Below are positions 41,046 to 50,899 of a DNA stretch of 64,000 bases, piece by piece. Source of the stretch: Calditrichia bacterium (GTDB taxonomy: Bacteria > Calditrichota > Calditrichia > JAJRVZ01). The stretch lies in assembly GCA_963796965.1 (NCBI GenBank), contig CAWCNS010000005.1, positions 1,152,001-1,216,000 of the forward strand, written 5' to 3'. Within the stretch, counting starts at the first letter, position 1. Each line of letters starts with the position of its first letter. The notes under the pieces are model-generated. The model searched no databases. It saw only the letters and a program-made list of their open reading frames with translations, and was not told the DNA's origin. The translations under genes were made by a program, and so were the position numbers.

Positions 41046-42044
41046 CTGAATTTAATTAAAAATAAATATCTGTTTTTTCTGCTTCGCGTATGGAGAGATA
41101 TTACAAATCCTACCCAGTGGCCATTATCCGAAGATTTGCATTCGCGGCAATTAGGTGAATTCTATTTTCTTTTTTCTGAAGAAACTGTAAAGAACCAGAA
41201 AGGTGGTCAAAAAAGCATTGTCTTTGATGATGAAGGAATTCCGATGAATCCCACCTATATCGATGTGAAGGACAAGGATTTTGTTTATTACCCCATAACA
41301 ATAGGACAGGTTGGCCTGGCGGTTTATCATACCTGGCTTAAATCAAATTCAGATAGTGATAAAAACCGGTTTATGAGATTTGTGAATTGGTTTATGAAAA
41401 ATGTAGAGGAGGATCCAACTCTGGGTGCATACTGGGAAACAGATGTCCCTCTTCCCCAATATAAAAATCCCGGTCCCTGGAAATCAGCCTTTGCCCAGGC
41501 CCGGGCCATATCGATCCTCTTGCGTGGGTATCAAATGACTGGTGATAATCGATATGCAGAGCTTGCCCGGAAAGCACTTAAGTCATTTACAATCCCCTTT
41601 GACCAGGGGGGTGTGATGGCAATGACGGAACACGGTCCTTTTTATGAAGAATATACGGCCGAAATACCGACCCTTGTTCTTAATGGAATGATTTTTACAC
41701 TTTGTGGTATTTACGATTTCGTACGGGTTTTTCCTGAAGATCAAACAGCAAAAACTTTATTTGATGATGGAATCCGAACATTAAGAAGTCTCTTACCTGA
41801 TTATGATCTTGGTTACTGGTCCCGCTATAATCTATGTAAATCTGATTGGTACCCAGAGACTGATCCTTCAACAATCACCTATCAACACTTTCATGCATTT
41901 CAACTAGAACTTTTATCGCAAATAACAGGTGATGAAGTTTTTAAATTATATAGTCGAAAATTCAGAAAACAGATTAATATAATTAATATTTTGCGTATGT
42001 ATTATCAAAAATATAAAGCACTTAAGAAATTAAATCGATTATAA
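41046..42044 (+). CDS. D-glucuronyl C5-epimerase family protein (probable CTG start after AAGGAG)
   Basis: YYPITIGQ, WKSAFAQARAIS, FYEEY, VLNGMIF, YDLGYWSRY and YQHFH match the C5-epim_C motifs. Confidence 0.85.
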   Translation: MNLIKNKYLFFLLRVWRDITNPTQWPLSEDLHSRQLGEFYFLFSEETVKNQKGGQKSIVFDDEGIPMNPTYIDVKDKDFVYYPITIGQVGLAVYHTWLKSNSDSDKNRFMRFVNWFMKNVEEDPTLGAYWETDVPLPQYKNPGPWKSAFAQARAISILLRGYQMTGDNRYAELARKALKSFTIPFDQGGVMAMTEHGPFYEEYTAEIPTLVLNGMIFTLCGIYDFVRVFPEDQTAKTLFDDGIRTLRSLLPDYDLGYWSRYNLCKSDWYPETDPSTITYQHFHAFQLELLSQITGDEVFKLYSRKFRKQINIINILRMYYQKYKALKKLNRL

Positions 42045-42154
42045 ACCCGTTTTTGAGCAATATATTTAAGAGTTAGGTAGTGTCATGAAAGATTCTGTGA
42101 TAAAGTGAAAAACTAAATTCATAGGACCATTTAAAAGATGAAGCATCGAACTAA

Positions 42155-42242
42155 TTCCCCCTTTGAAAGGGGGTCAGGGGGATAGATAAATAAAGAACTT
42201 AGAGAAAATAACATCCCCCATAGTCCCCCTTCCAAGGGGGAA
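42155..42242. repeat. Paired inverted CCCCCTTT-N-AAGGGGG palindromes
   Basis: ttccccctttgaaagggggtcagggggat ... atcccccatagtcccccttccaagggggaa; a further copy at 56721-56752. Confidence 0.75.
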
Positions 42243-42379
42243 ACAAGGCCTTTATTCTATTAAAATTTGAAGTAAATATCCGAATCTGCAAAAGCTTATC
42301 TCGAAGGGAGAATGCGTGTAATACATCTAATATAGTAAGTGAAATTGGAATAATGAGTGGGAATGAGAAAGGATAGCAG

Positions 42380-42850
42380 ATGAATAGACCTGAAGTAAAG
42401 TCTGTCAGTATACGTGATGTCCAGTTTGGGAAAAATGTTCTGGTGATCGATCCTGTAAATCTATATGAATGTACTATTGGAGATAATTGTTTTATTGGGC
42501 CATTCGTCGAAATTCAAAAAGGGGCAATAATTGGGCAAAATACTCGTATTCAGTCTCATGTATTCATTTGCGAACTCGTCACAATAGGCAAAGATTGTTT
42601 CATTTCCCACGGAGTCATGTTTATAAACGACCTGTTTACAGAAGGTAAACCCGCTGCTGATAGTAAAGATTGGAAGACAACGTATATCGGTAACAATGTT
42701 TCCATTGGTACAAATGCTACCATTTTGCCGGTTAAAATTACTGATAATGTTGTAGTTGGTGCGGGTAGTGTGGTAACAAAAGATATTCTTGAACCTGGGA
42801 TATATGCAGGTAACCCGGCCAAAATGATCAGATCGATCGGGAGGAAATAA
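42380..42850 (+). CDS. Hexapeptide-repeat sugar N-acyltransferase (WxcM/FdtC-like)
   Basis: IGDNCFIGPFVEIQ, IQSHVFICE, GAGSVVTKD, GNPAK. Confidence 0.88.
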   Translation: MNRPEVKSVSIRDVQFGKNVLVIDPVNLYECTIGDNCFIGPFVEIQKGAIIGQNTRIQSHVFICELVTIGKDCFISHGVMFINDLFTEGKPAADSKDWKTTYIGNNVSIGTNATILPVKITDNVVVGAGSVVTKDILEPGIYAGNPAKMIRSIGRK

Positions 42851-42851
42851 A

Positions 42852-44711
42852 ATGGCGGGTACTCTTCTTCTTCTCCCCAAAAACCCGGATAAACAAAATC
42901 TACTTCATGAAAAAGCACAACAGATAGAACAATTTATAAATCAGTATTATAGACGCTATTTTAAAAAAATAACTTTTAATAATACTGCCGATAAAGCTTT
43001 TCTAATTGAATTCCGCCAAAATGAAAGATCGAAATTCTATACCGATGAGGCAGGTAACTGGTTGGCTTTTGAGGGGACTGTATTTGCCCTCAACGAGACC
43101 AAATCTTTTAATGCCCAAGAATTACTTAAATTGTATCTTCAGAATCCCACAAAATTTCAAGATGACCTTGATGGCCACTTTGTAATAAAAGTATATGATG
43201 CAAGCCGAAATCTGTACCTGATTGTTAATGACATTCTAAAAAACAAAATTAATTACATTACTGAAAATGATCAATTCATTCTACTTACCCCATTGGTGGT
43301 TCTCTCAGGAATTCTCCATAAGCCTGAACTTGATCTTCACGCTTTTAATGAATTTATGTGGCGTTATTATATGCTCTCCGAAAGATCTATTTTCAAGAAC
43401 GTTAGTAAATTAAAAGGGGCCTCCATTTATGAGATAAAGAATGGTGTTACGAATCGAACTAAATATTGGGACTGGCCGGATAAATTTATCGATATCCCTT
43501 TTCAAAGCACCGTCGATCGGATGGCCGATTCGATGAAGGAATCAGCACGATTAATTTACCAGACCTTTGGCACTTCATGCGTCGATTTTACGATGGGACA
43601 GGATTCTCGCCAGGTTGTTGCCGCCTTTACCAATCAGAATATACCTCTAACAACTACCATATTTGGTAAAAAGGACTTTTATGAGGTCAAAGCTACTGAT
43701 GAAATGGCAAAACGTCACAAGATAGAACACCATAGCGTACAGTTAGAAGATGATTACCTCAAGGATCCCTGGTTCCATTTTGAAAAGTCTCTTTTGCTTG
43801 GCAATGGAGAAATGCCTGCTCATATATTGGCTCGGATTATGTACATGCGCGAGAAACAAAAACAATGGGGCCATGCTATTCTTAACGGGCATTGTGGTCA
43901 CTTCTATAAGAACGGTCTATGGGATGAGATGTATACATTAAATTTATACCGGGAACCCAAGGAATTTAATATAAATATGTTCCTAAAACTCCGCGCTTTA
44001 AGTGCTAATTATTTTGATGATATTTTCAAATCTGATTTTATCGCTATTAAAGAAAAATCTGCTGCATATATGCGATCAATGATTAAAGAATCTATAAAAG
44101 ACTATTTACATAGCCCTGTTTCCATGCAGGTTGATCGTTTTAACATATATAGTTGGCTAAATTTTACCCATGTTTCCAATAATGCGTTAAATCTTATTTT
44201 TGATTCTTTGTCTCCCCTATATTTTAGGCGAAATCTTGAATTAGCAATACAAATCCCTGTTAAATGGAAGTTTAATTTAGCAAAGTTCCAACGTGCACTT
44301 GTTTATCAACTAGATCCGAAATTAGCGGCAGAAAAAACAGATTTCGGCGGCGTAGATATGATACCAAAGAACTTATTCACCACAATTCCCTTTCATTTAC
44401 GCTATTACTTCTTTCAATCCTCACGGATGCGTAACAAGATAAAAACAAAATTAGGAATGAAAGTTATTACCCATATACAGGAAGCCTGGGATTATCAGCC
44501 GGTTTTTCAAAACTTTTATAACACACCCCAAATCCAGATGCTACTTGATTATGGAACGATGAATCTATCTACAATCATCGATCAGGATGAGTGGCGTCAA
44601 TTATTAATAAAATATGATGATCAATCCTATCAATCAATAAATAACCTTGATTATATCTTAAAAATTGCCGGGATTGAATACCTGATTAATATGGCTAAAA
44701 GACTATCCTGA
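42852..44711 (+). CDS. Asparagine synthetase-like amidoligase, degenerate
   Basis: LDGHFV (GATase-like region) and a PP-loop variant TMGQDSR; lacks the N-terminal Cys. Confidence 0.65.
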   Translation: MAGTLLLLPKNPDKQNLLHEKAQQIEQFINQYYRRYFKKITFNNTADKAFLIEFRQNERSKFYTDEAGNWLAFEGTVFALNETKSFNAQELLKLYLQNPTKFQDDLDGHFVIKVYDASRNLYLIVNDILKNKINYITENDQFILLTPLVVLSGILHKPELDLHAFNEFMWRYYMLSERSIFKNVSKLKGASIYEIKNGVTNRTKYWDWPDKFIDIPFQSTVDRMADSMKESARLIYQTFGTSCVDFTMGQDSRQVVAAFTNQNIPLTTTIFGKKDFYEVKATDEMAKRHKIEHHSVQLEDDYLKDPWFHFEKSLLLGNGEMPAHILARIMYMREKQKQWGHAILNGHCGHFYKNGLWDEMYTLNLYREPKEFNINMFLKLRALSANYFDDIFKSDFIAIKEKSAAYMRSMIKESIKDYLHSPVSMQVDRFNIYSWLNFTHVSNNALNLIFDSLSPLYFRRNLELAIQIPVKWKFNLAKFQRALVYQLDPKLAAEKTDFGGVDMIPKNLFTTIPFHLRYYFFQSSRMRNKIKTKLGMKVITHIQEAWDYQPVFQNFYNTPQIQMLLDYGTMNLSTIIDQDEWRQLLIKYDDQSYQSINNLDYILKIAGIEYLINMAKRLS

Positions 44712-44918
44712 TAAGAAAATCAAAGTTGGTGCGAAATATATATTTTGGATTTAGAATTGGGAATTTGGAATTCCTCCAACGGGGTCCTTGGGACAGAAAG
44801 GGCAATCCATAATCTAAAATCTTTTATCGCGTATCCCGCATCACGTATCTCCTTGAATCGTCTCCTGATTCCATCTCATAAGGTACATCTTGATTTCCGC
44901 AGATTTTTGAAATGCTAC

Positions 44919-44971
44919 TTGATTTCGCACAACATTTAAGTTACATTTACGAGTAACTTTTTTACTCGTAA
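44919..44971 (+). promoter_or_regulatory. Sigma70-like promoter (TTGATT-17-TACATT) overlapped by a perfect 10-5-10 operator TTACGAGTAA-N5-TTACTCGTAA
   Basis: Read directly; the palindrome ends 1 nt before the ATG at 44973. Confidence 0.72.
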
Positions 44972-44972
44972 T

Positions 44973-45515
44973 ATGCTAAAATCAATTATCACATCAGAGA
45001 CACGGATCAAACTATTACTGAAATTCTTCTTAAATCCGAAGAATTCGGGATACCTGCGTCAACTAGCTACGGAATTTGGCGAATCTACTAATAGTATTCG
45101 TCTTGAACTAAACAAATTGAGCGAAGCAAAGATCTTGTCTGAGAAATTTGAAGGTCGAAACCGGATATTTAAAGCGAACTTATCCCATCCTCTTTTTGAA
45201 GAGATTCGTAGTATTGTTTTAAAATCCACGGGCATCGACAAGGTCGTATCGGACATACTCAACAAATTGGGATCACTGCAATTGGCCTTTATCAGGGGTG
45301 ACTATGCTATTGGTATTGATAGTGGATTAATCGATCTTGTCATCGTTGGCCTGGATATAAATATGGCCGAATTAGAACGCGTAAAGACAAAAACAGAAAA
45401 ACTTATTGATCGTAAAATTTCAATTCTTATACTCGATCCGGATGAATTCAGGATTTTGAAAAAGAATCTATTGAGTAAATCATTTTTTATACTAATGGAT
45501 AGCGGAAAAATTTAA
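44973..45515 (+). CDS. Winged-HTH regulator fused to a minimal nucleotidyltransferase-like domain
   Basis: YLRQLATEFGESTNSIRLELNKL HTH; AFIRGDYAIG..SGLIDLVIVG. Confidence 0.82.
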   Translation: MLKSIITSETRIKLLLKFFLNPKNSGYLRQLATEFGESTNSIRLELNKLSEAKILSEKFEGRNRIFKANLSHPLFEEIRSIVLKSTGIDKVVSDILNKLGSLQLAFIRGDYAIGIDSGLIDLVIVGLDINMAELERVKTKTEKLIDRKISILILDPDEFRILKKNLLSKSFFILMDSGKI

Positions 45516-45548
45516 CAACCCGGATATAAAATCAACCTCAAAGTTGAT

Positions 45549-47558
45549 TTGTATGGGCTCAAAGTAATGAAAATGTTCAGAAATATTGCCAGTTTTATCG
45601 GACATTATGGATTAGTAAATTTCCTGATTATATCAACAAGGAAAATAATAAGAGCCATCTCATTATTAAAGTTTTCTTATTTAATAAAAAGCGGAAAAAT
45701 TAATTCTCCTGTTTATATATCCAATGATCTAAATGAGATCAGATCACATATCTTAAAAAAATATTCACTCGGTTTTGAAAATAACATCCGCACTATTAAA
45801 CAAAAAAATCTTTATCCGGAGCAAGTCAGACAAATCCTATTTGAGGCAGACCATTTTTGCAATAACACTTTTAATATTTTAAACAGTGGGTGGATAAAGT
45901 GGGAATACCAGGGCAATATTGACTGGCATTCGGATAAAAAATCAGATCATCGGTATGAATCCCGCACATTTTACAGATCACTTTCAAGCAAAATTAGAAC
46001 TCAAATCAGATCCGGAAAAAAAATTAAAGCGGATCTGAAAGTTCCCCGCGAATTAAGCCGCTTTCACTTTTTATTTGGTTTATACTTTGCCTACATCTAT
46101 TCTGGAAAGATCCACTATCTGGATAAGATAAAAGACTCAATCCTTAACTGGATCGACACAAATCCCCCCTATAAGGGTATCAATTGGTCAAATGCCATGG
46201 AAGTGGCAATCCGCATTAGTAATTGGACCCTAATCGTCTTTGAACTAAAAGACAAATTACTTCAAGATCAATCTTTTGAAGAAAAGTTTTATACATCACT
46301 CTACCAGCATAATCTTTATATTCATTTTAACAAGGAAAATCTGATATTACTAAACAACCATTATATGGCAGATATATCAGGACTTTTTGTCTCAAATCTA
46401 TTTTTTCCAGTATTCAAATATAGCGAAAAATGGCTCCAAAACGCATCAGGAAGAATTAAACAGGAAATGATGCGACAGATACATCCTGATGGTGGAGATT
46501 TTGAGAGTTCTACACCCTATCAAAGATTGGTTACAGAATTATTATTTCTACCTTTATACCTAAATAAACAATTCAAAACACATTATTTTGGTTCTGAGCA
46601 TGAATTCATTTTAAAGAAGATGTTTGCTTTCATTCTGAATACACTTAAACCCAGTCGTAAAATTATACAATTTGGTGATAATGATGATGGTAGATACTTC
46701 AAATTATATGATCGCCCTTCGTTAGATCATAGCTATCTACCTGCCCTCTCTTTTGGTATTTTTAACGATCAGTATTTCTGCCTTAAAGAGATTCCCTTTG
46801 ATATTTTGGCTTTCATATTCTATGGGGAGGAAGTATTCTTATCGTATTTAGAGAATCAGAAATCTATTTATTCCCTGCCTCCCATCCAATTCAAAGACTC
46901 CGGTGTTTATATTCTAAGAAATAATCAAGTTTACCTGGCAGTCTCTTGCATGCCCAATGGTATGAATGGTTATGGTGTACACACGCATAATGATAAACTA
47001 TCATTTGAATTAACCTTCAGAGACATTGACATTATTGTTGATCCGGGAACCTATCTATATTCTTCAGACCCTGTAAATAGAAACCTCTATCGCTCAACAC
47101 TTTTTCATAATACGGTAGTGGAAAATAGGCAAGAGCAGAATGATTTTGGAGAAGATGTCTTCAGATTAAAAAATGATACAAACATTCAGGTACTCAAATC
47201 AGAGCCTGACTATTTACATTGTCAGCACAATGGATTTCTGAAAAAAGGTGGGAGCCTTCATCAACGACAATTTCGACTCGAGAGTAATCGTGTTTTAATT
47301 ACTGACATTCTTGAGAAAGATCTCCCTTCGCAATCATTTCTTCATTTCGCTGAACATTTGGAACTCCACCAGGAGAATAAGGAAATTCATGTTGTAAAAG
47401 ATGGTAAAACAATTTGCGGTCTGATAATAAAAAATGCAGACGACATACAAATTATTGAGTACCAGTACTCGCCAGCATATGCTTTACAAGTACCCTGTTA
47501 TAAATTAAAGCTGGAATTTAAGAAAGAACTCAACATCGAACTCATAAACCTAAACTAA
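45549..47558 (+). CDS. Heparinase II/III family protein
   Basis: ELSRFH, NWSNAMEVAIR, NNHY, DGGDFESSTPYQ, GDNDDG, HTHNDKLS, DPGTYLY, HNTV. Confidence 0.9.
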   Translation: MYGLKVMKMFRNIASFIGHYGLVNFLIISTRKIIRAISLLKFSYLIKSGKINSPVYISNDLNEIRSHILKKYSLGFENNIRTIKQKNLYPEQVRQILFEADHFCNNTFNILNSGWIKWEYQGNIDWHSDKKSDHRYESRTFYRSLSSKIRTQIRSGKKIKADLKVPRELSRFHFLFGLYFAYIYSGKIHYLDKIKDSILNWIDTNPPYKGINWSNAMEVAIRISNWTLIVFELKDKLLQDQSFEEKFYTSLYQHNLYIHFNKENLILLNNHYMADISGLFVSNLFFPVFKYSEKWLQNASGRIKQEMMRQIHPDGGDFESSTPYQRLVTELLFLPLYLNKQFKTHYFGSEHEFILKKMFAFILNTLKPSRKIIQFGDNDDGRYFKLYDRPSLDHSYLPALSFGIFNDQYFCLKEIPFDILAFIFYGEEVFLSYLENQKSIYSLPPIQFKDSGVYILRNNQVYLAVSCMPNGMNGYGVHTHNDKLSFELTFRDIDIIVDPGTYLYSSDPVNRNLYRSTLFHNTVVENRQEQNDFGEDVFRLKNDTNIQVLKSEPDYLHCQHNGFLKKGGSLHQRQFRLESNRVLITDILEKDLPSQSFLHFAEHLELHQENKEIHVVKDGKTICGLIIKNADDIQIIEYQYSPAYALQVPCYKLKLEFKKELNIELINLN

Positions 47559-47569
47559 GAGAATATAAT

Positions 47570-49702
47570 ATGTTACAAGCAATAGTAAAAAAAGGCAAGG
47601 TAATAAAGGAAGAGGTACCAGCCCCGGTTATATCAGAAAATACAATCCTTATCAAAGTCATCAACAGTTGTATTTCTGTTGGGACTGAGATGGGCAAAGT
47701 TGAACGGAGTGGCAAATCCCTCCTAAAAACAGCCCTGGAGCAGCCCGATAATGTTAAACAGGTAATTGATATGGCCAAGTCACGGGGAATATCTAAAACC
47801 ATTGCCAAAGTTAAGGGTGCCGTTGAAACAGGTAAACTTACGGGTTATTCAGTTTCAGGCATTGTAATAGAAGTAGGCGCTGGCATAACCAAATTTAAAA
47901 AAGGTGATGCCGTAGCTGCTTCCGGTGCCGATATTGCTAATCATGCTGAATATGTGGCTGTTCCGGAAAATTTGGTTATGAAAATGCCCCTCGATCTGGA
48001 TTTTGAATCTGCTTCCACTGTTACCCTCGGAGGAATAGCGATGCAGGGTGTGCGAAGGGCTGATCTGCGTCTGGGAGAATTTGCAGTGGTCCTCGGTGTT
48101 GGCCTCCTGGGATTATTAAGCATTCAAATGCTATGTGCCTCGGGGGTCCATGTAGCTGCGGTGGATCTGGATGGAAATAGATTAAAAACAGCTAAAGAAC
48201 ATGGCGCTGAATTGACAATTAAATCCGATAATGAAAATATGGTCTCCCAGATTGAGAACTGGTCAAATGGTTATGGTGCAGATGCTGTAATTTTCACCGC
48301 TGCAACTAAAAGTAACGTCCCGTTATCCCAGGCTTTTAAGGCGTGTAAGAAAAAAGGGCGGGTGGTACTTGTCGGTGTTTCGGGCATGGAGATCAACCGC
48401 GGTGATATCTATCCGAAAGAATTAGACTTCCTCATCTCAACTTCCTATGGTCCGGGACGCTATGATAACCAATATGAAGAAAAAGGAATCGATTATCCTT
48501 ATGCTTATGTCCGCTGGACAGAAAATCGAAATATGACAGAGTATTTAAACCTCCTTTCTAAAGATGTCATTAATATAAAATCGATAATCGACAAGGTATA
48601 TCCTATCGATGAACTCGAAGAAGCATTTGAATATTTAAATTCCCCTGATAAACCAATTCTTGTATTACTCGAATATGCAGCATTTAAAGAGGAGGATGTT
48701 GAACAGTATGTAAAGCATGACAGACGGTTATATATCAGTTCCAAACAAGTAAATAAAAAGATAATAAATATAGGTTTGATCGGCGCAGGAAATTTTGCAG
48801 CAGGAACCCATCTTCCTAATATTATGAAGTTAAAGGATAAATTTAATCTATATGGTGTGGCAAACCGATCCGGATATAAAGCCAAAGCCGTAGGTGAACA
48901 ATTTGGGGCGACCTTAATTACCTCTGAGGTAAATGATATTATCTCTGACGAAAACATAGATCTCGTTTTAATCGCAACCCGGCATGACAGCCACGCCGGA
49001 CTCACGTTGAAAGCCCTGCAAAACAATAAACATGTATTTGTTGAAAAGCCTTTAGCAACAAATAATGAAGATTTAAAATTAATTGAAGATTTTTATAATC
49101 TTCCCGGTGATGCCAAACCCCTTCTGATGGTTGGCTTTAACCGTCGATTCAGCCCATGTGCCCAGGAGATCAAAAAACATGTACAAAATAGACTTAATCC
49201 CTTATTTATACATTACCGCATGAATGCCGGTTATATTCCCGCAGATCATTGGGCTCAGGAAGAAGGTGGTAGAATTATTGGAGAGGGCTGCCATATTATC
49301 GATATGATGACCTTTTTGACCGGCGCACGAATTGAATCGATTTCATATGAACAACTTTCGCCAGCAGGTGAAAAATTTCTTTCTTCTGATAATGTCTCCA
49401 TGATATTGAAATATGAAGATGGATCTGTAGCAACAATAGAATACTTTGCCTGTGGAAATAAAAAATTTCCAAAGGAATATATGGAAGTTCACTTTGATGA
49501 AAGAAGCATCACCATGGACGATTATAAATTACTGAATGGATATGGCTTGAAGATAAAACCCGTTAAATCCCATATAAGTGAAAAGGGACAATTTGAAGAA
49601 TTTAATTTTCTTTATGATTCTCTCTCAGGGAAAAACAAGGAGTGGCCAATTCCTTTCTGGGATCTGATCCAAACAACCAAAATATCCTTTGTTATATCAT
49701 GA
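47570..49702 (+). CDS. Bi-domain oxidoreductase (Zn-ADH-like + Gfo/Idh/MocA)
   Basis: ISVGTE, GYSVSG, HAEY, SYGPGRYD, RWTENRN; GAGNFA, VFVEKP, GFNRRF. Confidence 0.9.
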   Translation: MLQAIVKKGKVIKEEVPAPVISENTILIKVINSCISVGTEMGKVERSGKSLLKTALEQPDNVKQVIDMAKSRGISKTIAKVKGAVETGKLTGYSVSGIVIEVGAGITKFKKGDAVAASGADIANHAEYVAVPENLVMKMPLDLDFESASTVTLGGIAMQGVRRADLRLGEFAVVLGVGLLGLLSIQMLCASGVHVAAVDLDGNRLKTAKEHGAELTIKSDNENMVSQIENWSNGYGADAVIFTAATKSNVPLSQAFKACKKKGRVVLVGVSGMEINRGDIYPKELDFLISTSYGPGRYDNQYEEKGIDYPYAYVRWTENRNMTEYLNLLSKDVINIKSIIDKVYPIDELEEAFEYLNSPDKPILVLLEYAAFKEEDVEQYVKHDRRLYISSKQVNKKIINIGLIGAGNFAAGTHLPNIMKLKDKFNLYGVANRSGYKAKAVGEQFGATLITSEVNDIISDENIDLVLIATRHDSHAGLTLKALQNNKHVFVEKPLATNNEDLKLIEDFYNLPGDAKPLLMVGFNRRFSPCAQEIKKHVQNRLNPLFIHYRMNAGYIPADHWAQEEGGRIIGEGCHIIDMMTFLTGARIESISYEQLSPAGEKFLSSDNVSMILKYEDGSVATIEYFACGNKKFPKEYMEVHFDERSITMDDYKLLNGYGLKIKPVKSHISEKGQFEEFNFLYDSLSGKNKEWPIPFWDLIQTTKISFVIS

Positions 49703-50742
49703 GGATCGTTATTGTAAGTATATATCCTCCCCCCATCGGAGGTGTTTCTGCCCATTCATCCAGGTTATTGGATTTTCTTATAGAAAAGAAGAGAAAGGTA
49801 ACATTTCTCGATGTATCAAAACCAATATCGGATCATAAGCAAGTAAAAAACATGTCTGAGTTATCCATGTTTTTTTATTTACTATTAAGGGAAAAGAAAG
49901 CAATTGTTCATTTTCATATATTCTCAATTAAGTTATTAATACTTTTTTATTTCCTCTCTTTTAAGCATTTAACTGTGATAACTTTTCACAATGAAAGATT
50001 CCCTCAGGTTATCAACGCAAAAGGTGGACTCTCTGGAGTAGTGATAAAACACATGTTGAACAAAATAAATAAAATATTAGTATTAAATGAACCCTGTGAG
50101 AAAAATGCAGTTAAATTCATCAAAGATCCGAAAAATCTCGTTGTTGTTGATAACTATATCCCTCCACTTCAAATACCGGATATGAATCACGAAACAATAC
50201 GGAATTTGAGAAAAAAGCATCAATTTCTCATCTCCTCAAATGCCTGGCGGCTCAAATTCCATCAAGGTGAAGATCTTTATGGGCTTGATCTTCTTGTTGA
50301 TATGATGACATCCCTTATTAAAAGTTTTGATGTTGCATTGGTTTTTCTTTTACCCACCGTTGGAGACTCAGAATATTTAAATAAAATTCGTAATAAAATT
50401 AAATTCTCTGGGTTAAATGAACGATTTCTTATCGTTACCGAACAAGTAAACGGACCGGCGATGTGGGCTATCTCCGACTTATTCATAAGAGCAACTAATA
50501 CCGATGGCCATTCCGTAAGTGTCGTTGAGGCTCTGCAGACAGGAACCCCGGTTTTGGCAAGCGATTGTGTACAAAGGCCTGCAAATGTGAGTCTCTTCAA
50601 AACGCGCAATGGCATCAATTTACTGGAAAAAACAACCGGAATTCTTTCGAATCTTAACTCTTATAAAGATGCCCTTTCTTCTGTATCAATTGAAAATTCG
50701 GCGGAAGAAATACTAAAGATCTATGATGGCTTGAACGAATAG
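49699..50742 (+). CDS. Glycosyltransferase family 4
   Basis: PPPIGGVSAH, SDLFIRATNTDGHSVSVVEAL..GTPVLASD. Confidence 0.85.
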   Translation: MRIVIVSIYPPPIGGVSAHSSRLLDFLIEKKRKVTFLDVSKPISDHKQVKNMSELSMFFYLLLREKKAIVHFHIFSIKLLILFYFLSFKHLTVITFHNERFPQVINAKGGLSGVVIKHMLNKINKILVLNEPCEKNAVKFIKDPKNLVVVDNYIPPLQIPDMNHETIRNLRKKHQFLISSNAWRLKFHQGEDLYGLDLLVDMMTSLIKSFDVALVFLLPTVGDSEYLNKIRNKIKFSGLNERFLIVTEQVNGPAMWAISDLFIRATNTDGHSVSVVEALQTGTPVLASDCVQRPANVSLFKTRNGINLLEKTTGILSNLNSYKDALSSVSIENSAEEILKIYDGLNE

Positions 50743-50899
50743 GATAGAATCAATAAAAAATACAAAATAATTTCTCCTCTCAGAATTTTGGTAGGGATGG
50801 TATTGAATTCTATAATATATAATTTCTATAAAATCTCACATGCGCTTCCACCTAGCGTGAGATAATTGAACAGATCTCAGAAAAAAGGAATTTAAAAAC

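Noticed and set aside
44745..44939. 64-aa ORF MDLELGIWN...
   Set aside because: Translation of heptamer repeats, no RBS, and it overlaps the predicted promoter.
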